Assembly (NCBI GenBank): GCA_964510675.1
Contig: CAZECH010000001.1
Coordinates: forward strand, 1 to 37,250
DNA: 37,250 nucleotides
Direction: 5' to 3'
Source: an uncultured Ignavibacteriaceae bacterium
Lineage (GTDB): Bacteria; Bacteroidota; Ignavibacteria; Ignavibacteriales; Ignavibacteriaceae
Position 1 is the first letter of the stretch; every line of letters starts with the position of its first letter. Under the pieces are notes generated by a model. It worked only from the letters and a program-made list of their open reading frames with translations, was not told the DNA's origin and did not search any database. A program made the position numbers and the translations under genes. This document shows, in pieces, positions 1-7,469 of the stretch.

Positions 1-57
1 CTTATTTGTTACTTAATATTTTGATATATTTTTAATACAGTTATTCATCTCTTTTAT

Positions 58-1203
58 ATGGCTAAAAGCAATCTTAATTCCCCGAATCAGGCAGAAGAAT
101 TAAATTCTAAAAAACTGCAGGATTTTATAAGTGTGTTTAATGATGAATTCTTCTGGTTCAAAGATGATTCCGGGAATGTTAATTATTCAAGCAATTTTCC
201 GAATGTTACTGGATATTCACCTGACGAAATAAATTCAATTTCAGAAATTATTATTGATGATGACAAGGCTTCATATAATAAAACTTTTATTGAACAACAA
301 ACCAATTCCCGTGAATCGTTTGAGATTGAGTACAGGGTTTTAACAAAAGAAGGTAAGGTTAAATGGCTAAATGAAAGTGTTAAGATTTTTTATAATAATT
401 TTGGGGAAGTTTTAAGAATGATAGGCAGAGTAACCGATATTTCGCGGGTGAAGCTTAACGAAATTCATCTTAAAGAAAATAATGCTGAACTTAAAAAACA
501 AAACTCAGCAAAGGATAGTTTTTTTAATCTTCTCTCTCACGATCTTAAATCTCCTTTTACAAGCATTCTTGGTTTTACTGAGGTATTAATCAGGGAATCT
601 GAAATCAGCATATCTGAAAGGAATGAATATCTTTCATACATCCACTCTTCATCTGAAAAATTATTGCGGTTTATAAATAATTTACTTGATTGGTCGAAAT
701 TGCAAACCGGAAAGCTGAAGATTGATCCTAAAAGAATTGATCTTCAGTTATTAGTGTTTAATTGTGTTTCATCTTTAACCGCTGCCGCTGTAAGGAAGAA
801 AATTGGAATTAAAGTTGACGTTGATAGTAAATTACGAGTTGACGGAGATGAAAGATTGTTGAACATTGTAATTACAAATTTAATTAGTAATGCAATAAAG
901 TTTTCTACTTATGAATCAAAGATGTTTATCAAGGCTTCACACTTCAATGATCTGGCAGAGTTAATAGTTAAAGATGAAGGAGCAGGAATTCCTGACAGTA
1001 ATAAAATAAGAATGTTTAAAATAGAAAGTATGTTTTCAACACAGGACACAAATGGTGAAAAAGGAACTGGTTTTGGGTTAACATTATCAAAAGAAATTAT
1101 AAAAAGACATAGCGGCAACATTTGGTTTAATTCTGAAGTAGGAAAAGGAAGCGAGTTTCATATCACACTTCCTTTATCTCACAATATAAATCCTGATTGT
1201 TGA
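58..1203 (+). CDS. PAS-domain sensor histidine kinase (PAS - HisKA - HATPase_c)
   Basis: 381-aa ORF. The N-terminal half is PAS-like (EIEYRVLTKEGKVKWLNES). It has H-box LSHDLKSPFTSILGF, N-box ITNLISNAIKFS, and G-boxes KDEGAGIP and GTGFGLTLSKEII...GKGSEFHITLP. Confidence 0.9.
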   Translation: MAKSNLNSPNQAEELNSKKLQDFISVFNDEFFWFKDDSGNVNYSSNFPNVTGYSPDEINSISEIIIDDDKASYNKTFIEQQTNSRESFEIEYRVLTKEGKVKWLNESVKIFYNNFGEVLRMIGRVTDISRVKLNEIHLKENNAELKKQNSAKDSFFNLLSHDLKSPFTSILGFTEVLIRESEISISERNEYLSYIHSSSEKLLRFINNLLDWSKLQTGKLKIDPKRIDLQLLVFNCVSSLTAAAVRKKIGIKVDVDSKLRVDGDERLLNIVITNLISNAIKFSTYESKMFIKASHFNDLAELIVKDEGAGIPDSNKIRMFKIESMFSTQDTNGEKGTGFGLTLSKEIIKRHSGNIWFNSEVGKGSEFHITLPLSHNINPDC

Positions 1204-1435
1204 AGCCGATGAGGAAAAAAGGAATTTCATTTTATCACTTTTAGAAAAAAATATTACGATTGCACAATAATTACAGCAGGAAACGTTACCATCAGTAATA
1301 ATTCTTCATCATGAAATGCCTTTAACCAGCAATAATGAATCAGGAATTAAAATAATTTCATATTCCAATTCATTTACAGAAGAGATTGAAAATGACTATA
1401 ATAAACCGGAACAAACAATTTTTATAAAAAACTAA
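1190..1435 (+). pseudogene. Possible decayed response-regulator receiver domain (remnant of a hybrid kinase C-terminus)
   Basis: In the +1 frame relative to the kinase, starting just before its stop, the sequence reads ILIVEADEEKRNFILSLLEKNITIAQ, then an in-frame TAA at 1268-1270. It continues LQQETLPSVIILHHEMPLTSNNESGIKIISYSNSFTEEIENDYNKPEQTIFIKN. This resembles REC motifs (ILIVEDDEE; PDLIILDxxMP with the phospho-Asp position now His; DDYxxKP) but is shortened. It needs one frameshift and one stop to be bypassed. Confidence 0.35.
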
Positions 1436-1562
1436 TTTACGGGGAACCAGATCTCCAAAGCTCTTCAGAATCTTTTAAATTAAGTTTTAATATAGGGGAC
1501 TGACTTAATTCCAAATTACTTTAGCAATGCTTATATTTTGAATCAAAAAATAGGAGGATACT

Positions 1563-2894
1563 TTGAATCTTGCAGTTATTGGAACCGGTTATGTAGGTCT
1601 GGTAACCGGAACCTGTTTTGCTGAAACTGGAAATACAGTAACCTGTGTTGATATTGATGAAAAAAAAGTAGAAAAATTAAAAAGTGGTATTGTCCCTATC
1701 TTTGAACCCGGACTTGATTTGCTCTTTGAAAGAAATATAAGAGAAAACAGGCTTATATTTACAACTGATCTTCATGAAGCTGTAAGAAAAAGTGAAGTAA
1801 TATGTTTGTGCCTGCCCACTCCCCAGGGCGGTGATGGCAAAGCCGATTTAAGTTATATTCTCAAAGTAGCTGATGATCTTGGAAAGCTTTTTAAAGAAGA
1901 ACCGAATATAGGATATAAAATTCTTGTTGATAAAAGTACGGTACCGGTTGGCACAAGCGATAAAGTAAAAGAGACTGTTAAAAAGCATGCACCCAATTTC
2001 GATTTTGATGTTGCCTCAAATCCTGAATTCCTAAGGGAAGGAATGGCCGTTGAAGATTTTATGAAACCTGAAAGAGTTGTAATTGGTACAAGCAATCCTA
2101 AAACAAAAAATATCCTTGATATTCTTTATGAACCTTTTGTAAGATCGGGAAACCCCATTTATTTTATGGATGAGCGTTCTGCTGAGATGACAAAGTATGC
2201 TGCAAATTCTTTTCTTGCAACTAAGATTTCTTTTATGAATGAGATTGCAAACCTTTGCGAGTTAACAGGAGCTGATGTGGATAAAGTGAGAATTGGTATT
2301 GGCTCAGATTCAAGGATTGGAAAAAGATTTTTATTCCCCGGAGTTGGCTATGGTGGTTCTTGTTTTCCAAAAGACGTTATGGCTTTATGGAATACTGCAA
2401 ATGAAATTGAATATGATTTTAAAATTTTAGATTCTGTTATTAAGGTAAATAAAAGACAGATAGAAATATTTTATGATAAGATTTTAAAACATTATAATGG
2501 TAAAATTTCCGGCAAACACTTTGCAGTTTGGGGTCTTGCATTTAAACCTAATACTGACGACATTCGTGAAGCACCGGCACATACTTTAATTAAAATGCTA
2601 ATAGGTAATGGTGCAACAGTAGCAGCTTACGACCCTGAGGCAATGGAAACAACAAAAGCAATTCTTGGCAATAGTATTAAATATGCAAGCCATTCTTATG
2701 ATGTACTAGAAAAAGCCGATTCTCTTATTATAATTACTGAATGGAACGAATTCAGAACTCCCGATTTCTCCAAAATTAAACAAATGTTAAGCGAACCAGT
2801 GATCTTTGATGGCAGAAATCTTTATGATCTTGAAAAAATGAAAAACTTGAAGTTCAGTTATTATTCAATTGGCAGAGCAACAATTAAGAATTAA
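1563..2894 (+). CDS. ugd: UDP-glucose 6-dehydrogenase
   Basis: TTG start 4 nt after AGGAGG (1553-1558). Rossmann N-terminus MNLAVIGTGYVGLVTGTCFAETGN. Catalytic-cysteine region GGSCFPKD. Central and C-terminal UDPG/MGDP dehydrogenase pattern (LAFKPNTDDIREAP). 443 aa. Confidence 0.93.
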   Translation: MNLAVIGTGYVGLVTGTCFAETGNTVTCVDIDEKKVEKLKSGIVPIFEPGLDLLFERNIRENRLIFTTDLHEAVRKSEVICLCLPTPQGGDGKADLSYILKVADDLGKLFKEEPNIGYKILVDKSTVPVGTSDKVKETVKKHAPNFDFDVASNPEFLREGMAVEDFMKPERVVIGTSNPKTKNILDILYEPFVRSGNPIYFMDERSAEMTKYAANSFLATKISFMNEIANLCELTGADVDKVRIGIGSDSRIGKRFLFPGVGYGGSCFPKDVMALWNTANEIEYDFKILDSVIKVNKRQIEIFYDKILKHYNGKISGKHFAVWGLAFKPNTDDIREAPAHTLIKMLIGNGATVAAYDPEAMETTKAILGNSIKYASHSYDVLEKADSLIIITEWNEFRTPDFSKIKQMLSEPVIFDGRNLYDLEKMKNLKFSYYSIGRATIKN

Positions 2895-2899
2895 CAATT

Positions 2900-3442
2900 G
2901 TGTTAACAAAATATGGTAAAACAAATATAAACCCGTCAGGGTTTGAAAGATACTGGTTTGCCCTTTATACCAAACCCAGGAGCGAATTTAAAGCTGCTGA
3001 ACAAATTGGAACCAAAGGTGTTGAGTATTATTTACCGTCAGTTACAAAAACAAAGCAGTGGAGCGATAGGAAGAAGAAAATAAATGAACCTTTAATCAGA
3101 GGGTACATTTTTATTTTTGCCAATGAGAAAGAAAGAATTATTTCTCTTGAACAGTTCTCGGTTGTAAGATGTGTTAGTGAAAGAGGAAAACCTTCGCGCA
3201 TTCCCGGATGGCAAATTGATAATCTGAAAAAAATGTTAAGCACTAATTCTGATGTTCTCGTTAAAGAAGGCCTTGTCCCCGGGGTTAAAATAAAAATTAA
3301 AGAAGGCCCTTTCGAAGGTGTTATAGGTACTTTGCAGGAAATTGATAACCAGAAAACTCTTGCTGTAAGTATTAATCTTCTCAACAGGTCAGTTGTTGCA
3401 CATCTTCCCAGGGAAAGTATTATAGAAATTATTAAAACTTAA
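2900..3442 (+). CDS. UpxY-family (NusG-paralog) transcription antiterminator
   Basis: GTG start 5 nt after the ugd stop. NGN-like N-terminus (WFALYTKPRSEFKAAEQI, LIRGYIFI) and a C-terminal KOW-like segment (VKIKEGPFEGVIGTLQEID). 180 aa, the size of UpxY/NusG-like proteins. Confidence 0.8.
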   Translation: MLTKYGKTNINPSGFERYWFALYTKPRSEFKAAEQIGTKGVEYYLPSVTKTKQWSDRKKKINEPLIRGYIFIFANEKERIISLEQFSVVRCVSERGKPSRIPGWQIDNLKKMLSTNSDVLVKEGLVPGVKIKIKEGPFEGVIGTLQEIDNQKTLAVSINLLNRSVVAHLPRESIIEIIKT

Positions 3443-3446
3443 ACCT

Positions 3447-4442
3447 ATGATTATTCAAACAGAACTTTCTACTCTTTCCAGAGGTGATTTAGTTGATCAT
3501 TATTTAATGATTAAGAAGTTTGAGCTTAGATCAACCAAACAGAACAAGCAATATCTTAATATTGAATTGGGGGACAAATCCGAAACATTGAATGCAAATG
3601 TATTTGATAATGTTGAAGAGATTTATAATTCATTTAGGAATGGTGAGGTTGTTAAAGTTAAAGGTGCAATAGATGATTACCAGGGGTCAAGGCAGATAAG
3701 AGTAAATTCATTCGGGGCAATTGATACTTCTGATAATATTTCAGTTCATGATTTCCTTCCTAAATCATTGAAAGATCCGGATGAAATGAAGGAAGAGTTT
3801 TTAAAAAGAATTGAATCTCTGTCAGATTATCATTTAAAGAATTTAATGAAAAGAATTTTTGATGGAGAAAGATTTGAAAATTTCTTAACTGCACCCGCAG
3901 GAAAATCGTGGCATCACGGTTATATACATGGATTAATAGAACACACACACGAGATAATAAAAATTTGCGATTTGATGTGCGATATTCACCCAAGTATAAA
4001 CAGGGATTTACTCATCTGCGGAGCTATGATGCACGATTTCGGCAAGATTGAAGAACTTAAGTACGATGGGAATTTTGAATATACTGATAAAGGGAAACTG
4101 ATCGGGCATATAGTAATTTCTGCAATGCTTATTAATGAAGAAGCAAAAAAGATTCCTGGTTTCCCTGAAGAACTTAAAGATTGTTTAGTACACATTATTC
4201 TTAGTCACCAGGGAAAACTTGAATATGGATCTCCTGTTGTACCAAAAACTTTAGAATCAATTGCTCTTTACCAGGCAGATGAGCTAAGTGCAAAAGTTAA
4301 TGCTTATAAAAATGCTCTTTCCTCGCAATTAAAACCTGATGGTAAGTGGACAAACTTTCTCAACCTTGCCTCAACAGATTTGTTTAACCATGGTATAACA
4401 CCTGAAATAGAAGAGCAGATTAATAAAACTTTATTTGATTAA
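3447..4442 (+). CDS. OB-fold + HD-domain phosphohydrolase, YhaM-like 3'-5' exoribonuclease family
   Basis: The N-terminal OB-fold-like region (MIKKFELRSTKQNKQYLNIELGDKSETLNANVFD...VKVKGAIDDYQG) is followed by HD-domain motifs (HHGYIHGLIEHTHEI, MHDFGKIEE, LSHQGKLEYGSP). Confidence 0.8.
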   Translation: MIIQTELSTLSRGDLVDHYLMIKKFELRSTKQNKQYLNIELGDKSETLNANVFDNVEEIYNSFRNGEVVKVKGAIDDYQGSRQIRVNSFGAIDTSDNISVHDFLPKSLKDPDEMKEEFLKRIESLSDYHLKNLMKRIFDGERFENFLTAPAGKSWHHGYIHGLIEHTHEIIKICDLMCDIHPSINRDLLICGAMMHDFGKIEELKYDGNFEYTDKGKLIGHIVISAMLINEEAKKIPGFPEELKDCLVHIILSHQGKLEYGSPVVPKTLESIALYQADELSAKVNAYKNALSSQLKPDGKWTNFLNLASTDLFNHGITPEIEEQINKTLFD

Positions 4443-4558
4443 TTATGTCATGCTGAACTTGTTTCAGCAGCTCAGATATATTGAAAATTATTAGATTCCG
4501 AAACAAATTCGGGACAAGGTTCGGAATGACATAGTGAGATAGCCTTATCCTAATCTTT

Positions 4559-5299
4559 ATGCAATTTGATAAAAACTTAATTGAGAAATTAAAAGAAAGT
4601 AAATCGGTGGTCTTCTTTACAGGGGCAGGAATTTCTGCAGAAAGCGGTATTCCAACGTTCAGGGGGAAAGATGGAATATGGAACAAACTTAAACCGGAAG
4701 AGCTCGCAAATTTTGATTCCTTTCTGAAAAATCCCGAGTTGGTTTGGGAATGGTACAGCCACAGGAAAAAAATTATTCACGAATCAAAACCAAATGCCGG
4801 ACATATTGCAATTGCAGAAGCTCAAAATATTTTTACTGAGGTTACGGTTGTAACACAGAATATTGATAACCTCCACAGGAGAGCCGGAAGTAAAACTGTT
4901 TATGAGCTTCATGGAAATATTGAAAGAAACTACTGTATTAAATGCAAAACATTTTACAGTGAAGAGTTGGATTTCAGCAAGGGGGTTCCTAAATGTAAAT
5001 GCGGTGGATTGATAAGACCTGATGTAGTTTGGTTTGGTGAATATCTTCCAGAAGACCAATTTGATGCTGCTGAAAAAGCGGCAAGAAACTGTGATGTTTT
5101 CTTTATTGTTGGAACTTCTGCGGTTGTTTATCCTGCGGCATCTTTAGTATTTATTGCCAAGCAAAATGGAGCTTACCTTGTAGAAGTTAACATTGAAAAA
5201 ACTGAAATTTCGGAAATTGTGGATTTATCTTTTTATGAACCTTCCGGTAAAATTCTTTCAGAGTTAATGAAAGATATAAGAACAAGTCAAACCACTTAA
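4559..5299 (+). CDS. cobB: NAD-dependent protein deacylase (Sir2/CobB family)
   Basis: Sirtuin motifs FFTGAGISAESGIPTFRG, TQNIDNLH and FIVGTS, plus Zn ribbon CIKC...CKCG. 246 aa, housekeeping-size sirtuin. Confidence 0.92.
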   Translation: MQFDKNLIEKLKESKSVVFFTGAGISAESGIPTFRGKDGIWNKLKPEELANFDSFLKNPELVWEWYSHRKKIIHESKPNAGHIAIAEAQNIFTEVTVVTQNIDNLHRRAGSKTVYELHGNIERNYCIKCKTFYSEELDFSKGVPKCKCGGLIRPDVVWFGEYLPEDQFDAAEKAARNCDVFFIVGTSAVVYPAASLVFIAKQNGAYLVEVNIEKTEISEIVDLSFYEPSGKILSELMKDIRTSQTT

Positions 5300-5742
5300 C
5301 TCTTCAACCCAACTTTTTTACTTAGCCTTTGCAGTTCTTTATGCTCGGTATCATTAAGTAGACTCATTTCATTTCTTACTGCCGAGAGAAATTCCGGGAA
5401 TATTTTATCCATTAAGCTTTTTCCAGTCTTTGTAAGATGAACAGTAAAAAATCTTCTGTCTTCTTTTCCTCTCACTCTTGTAACATAACTCTGCTTTTCA
5501 AGGTTATCAATTACAAGTGTAATATTCCCGCCGCTTCTAAAAACTTTTTCACCAATAGCTTTCTGCGTTAATGGTCCGGAATGATATAATGAATCAAGTA
5601 CATAAAACTGGCTCTCCGTAATTCCATTTGTATTTATTGAAGATAAGATTCTGCTTCTTACAGAATCAGCTGCTCTCGTTAATTTTATAAACGAATTGAG
5701 GAAACTGATTTCTTTTTTCGATCCTTTATACTTTGTTCCCAT
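5296..5742 (-). CDS. MarR-family transcriptional regulator
   Basis: 148 aa. Winged-helix pattern QFYVLDSLYHSGPLTQKAIGEKVFRSGGNITLVIDNLEKQSYVTRVRGKEDRRFFTVHLTKTGK. The 3' end overlaps the convergent cobB stop by 4 nt. Confidence 0.85.
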   Translation of the reverse strand: MGTKYKGSKKEISFLNSFIKLTRAADSVRSRILSSINTNGITESQFYVLDSLYHSGPLTQKAIGEKVFRSGGNITLVIDNLEKQSYVTRVRGKEDRRFFTVHLTKTGKSLMDKIFPEFLSAVRNEMSLLNDTEHKELQRLSKKVGLKS

Positions 5743-5767
5743 ATTCCAATTGCTGGTTGTGTTAAAA

Positions 5768-6046
5768 TTATGTTTTTCTTTTTGAGCTCAATAAACTTAA
5801 AATACCCGTAAACAATGCCGCACCGACTATTGCCCATACAACCGGAAATGCTACATCACCAATATCCAAAATGAAAAATTCCGGAAGATGAAGCTGTCGT
5901 GATATCCAGGTTCCAAGTAAGGCTCCTACAAATCCAACTACTATTGAAATAAAACAGCCTCCTTTAGAGTAACCTGAAAGTGACTGGCCGATTGAACCTG
6001 CAATTCCGGCAATCAACAATAAAAGGAATAATTCAAGAAGCGACAT
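5768..6046 (-). CDS. GlsB/YeaQ/YmgE-family (transglycosylase-associated) small membrane stress protein
   Basis: 92 aa with three hydrophobic, Gly-rich helices (LIAGIAGSIGQSL, IVVGFVGALLGTWI, VVWAIVGAALFTGIL). It lies 25 nt upstream of the MarR gene on the same strand. Confidence 0.8.
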   Translation of the reverse strand: MSLLELFLLLLIAGIAGSIGQSLSGYSKGGCFISIVVGFVGALLGTWISRQLHLPEFFILDIGDVAFPVVWAIVGAALFTGILSLLSSKRKT

Positions 6047-6416
6047 AGAATCAGTAAATTATATTTATGGAAAAGAGACATCATTAACTTATACTTGCTT
6101 TTGAGAAAGAATTATTGCTGAAGATCTCAATATTTTCATGCTAAAAGTTTTAATCTTAAGTCAAAACCTGATTTAACTATTTAAAAATATGAATAAAGGC
6201 TGAAAATAAATGTGAGCTTTATTATATATAAAATTTATAAAACTTGATGATCAAGATATATTTGACAGAATTTTTATCACATTTATAAGACAACATTAGG
6301 TTTATTAAATGAAATGCATTAGATATTCTTAAAAAAAACCAGGTTAGATACCGACATATTGGGTACAGAAAAACCTTCCGGTATGAAGGGTCATATTAAA
6401 GATTATGTTGGATTGT

Positions 6417-6445
6417 AAAAAGAAAGCCGCAGCAATGCTGCAGCC
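6417..6445 (-). terminator. Rho-independent terminator of the RRM-protein gene
   Basis: The minus-strand RNA reads GCUGCAGC-AUU-GCUGCGGC, an 8-bp stem including one G.U pair, followed by UUUCUUUUU. It starts 18 nt after the stop codon. The hairpin pairs better on the minus strand, because the G.U becomes C/A on the plus strand. Confidence 0.6.
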
Positions 6446-6462
6446 AAAAATAGACACAGGAA

Positions 6463-6735
6463 TTAAAATCTTCTGCTGCCGCCTCTTCTTTCCTTTTGAG
6501 GTCTTGCTTCAGTAACACTGATTCTTTTACCTTTAAGTTCAAACGTATTCAGTTCCGAAAGTGCTTTCTGAGCTTCAGCTTTACCAGGCATTTCAATAAA
6601 ACCAAATCCCTTTGAGGTCTGGCTAAACATATCGCGGATAATCTTAACACTGCTTACTCTTCCGTGCTTGGAAAAAAGTGTTTTCAGTTCCTCTTCCTTT
6701 ACATCAGATGCTAAGTTGCCGACAAAAATATTCAT
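6463..6735 (-). CDS. RRM-domain RNA-binding protein
   Basis: 90 aa. RNP-2 IFVGNL, RNP-1 KGFGFIEM, and a C-terminal RGG-like tail (RRGGSRRF). AAGGAG sits upstream of the ATG. Confidence 0.92.
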   Translation of the reverse strand: MNIFVGNLASDVKEEELKTLFSKHGRVSSVKIIRDMFSQTSKGFGFIEMPGKAEAQKALSELNTFELKGKRISVTEARPQKERRGGSRRF

Positions 6736-7019
6736 TTTATTCTCCTTGTAATTAAGTATGATAAATAATAATCCGGCTTGATAATGAATAAACTTAGCCG
6801 GTTTACCTGCCTATGTATGAAAAGTTAGGATTAGATGGTGAGGATTTTTACGAAGTTCACTCTAACTTAATTTTCTCCTCAGGACAACACAAAAATAGTT
6901 TAATTAAGATAAAATTACAAGCAGTTATTGGAAATTCTCTATTCAATATCTGGTCCGGATAAAAAGTAAATAATTGAATAAATAAAAGAACGACCTATAT
7001 GTCTTCCTTAAAAGATCTG

Positions 7020-7244
7020 CTAAGCAAGATTATCAATTATTTCGATTAAAGCACTGGCAATGGTTTCATCATCATCATTCAGAAGAAAAACTCTGTACAA
7101 ACCCGGTTCACTAAACTTCATATCGCTCTCATCATTTTTAGAGAAGTAGATATATTTCATATCAGGTTCAACTGTATAATCGAACTTTTTATAATATTCA
7201 AATTTTCGGCTTTTTAACACTTCCCACTTTAGAGAGTATTGCAC
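7020..7244 (-). CDS. Hypothetical small protein (possibly the 3' part of a frameshifted gene)
   Basis: 74-aa ORF with a GTG start and no recognisable motif. Protein-like reading frames continue upstream in the two other frames (see finding 7020-7469). Confidence 0.3.
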   Translation of the reverse strand: MQYSLKWEVLKSRKFEYYKKFDYTVEPDMKYIYFSKNDESDMKFSEPGLYRVFLLNDDDETIASALIEIIDNLA

Positions 7245-7469
7245 AATTCTGAAATTGGCATTGCGAGTGAGTCTTCGAACGAAGCAATATCCAAATTAAC
7301 AAAAAATTACATTGAGATTGATTCATCTCTAAATAAACGGTGTGGTTATTATTAGTAAATTGATTATTTAAAATTACCCCATTAAGTTTAGCATCAACAA
7401 TAAATTGGAGATAAGGTTCCGCATTAATTTTTACTATTCTGTTAGAAAACAATTGTAAAAAGGTCTTGA

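Noticed and set aside
4420-4686. An 88-aa minus-strand ORF spanning the yhaM-cobB spacer.
   Set aside because: It overlaps the 3' end of one gene and the 5' end of another, both on the opposite strand. It has no motifs and an implausible composition. The spacer is better explained as structured RNA or a regulatory region.
4559-5299. The SIR2-domain gene, considered as a possible anti-phage defence component (Thoeris/DSR/SIR2-HerA-like). It sits next to an HD nuclease.
   Set aside because: The protein is a compact 246-aa canonical CobB sirtuin with the Zn-ribbon cysteines and deacylase motifs. It has no fused sensor, TIR, Ago or HerA partner. The HD protein has the housekeeping YhaM OB+HD layout.
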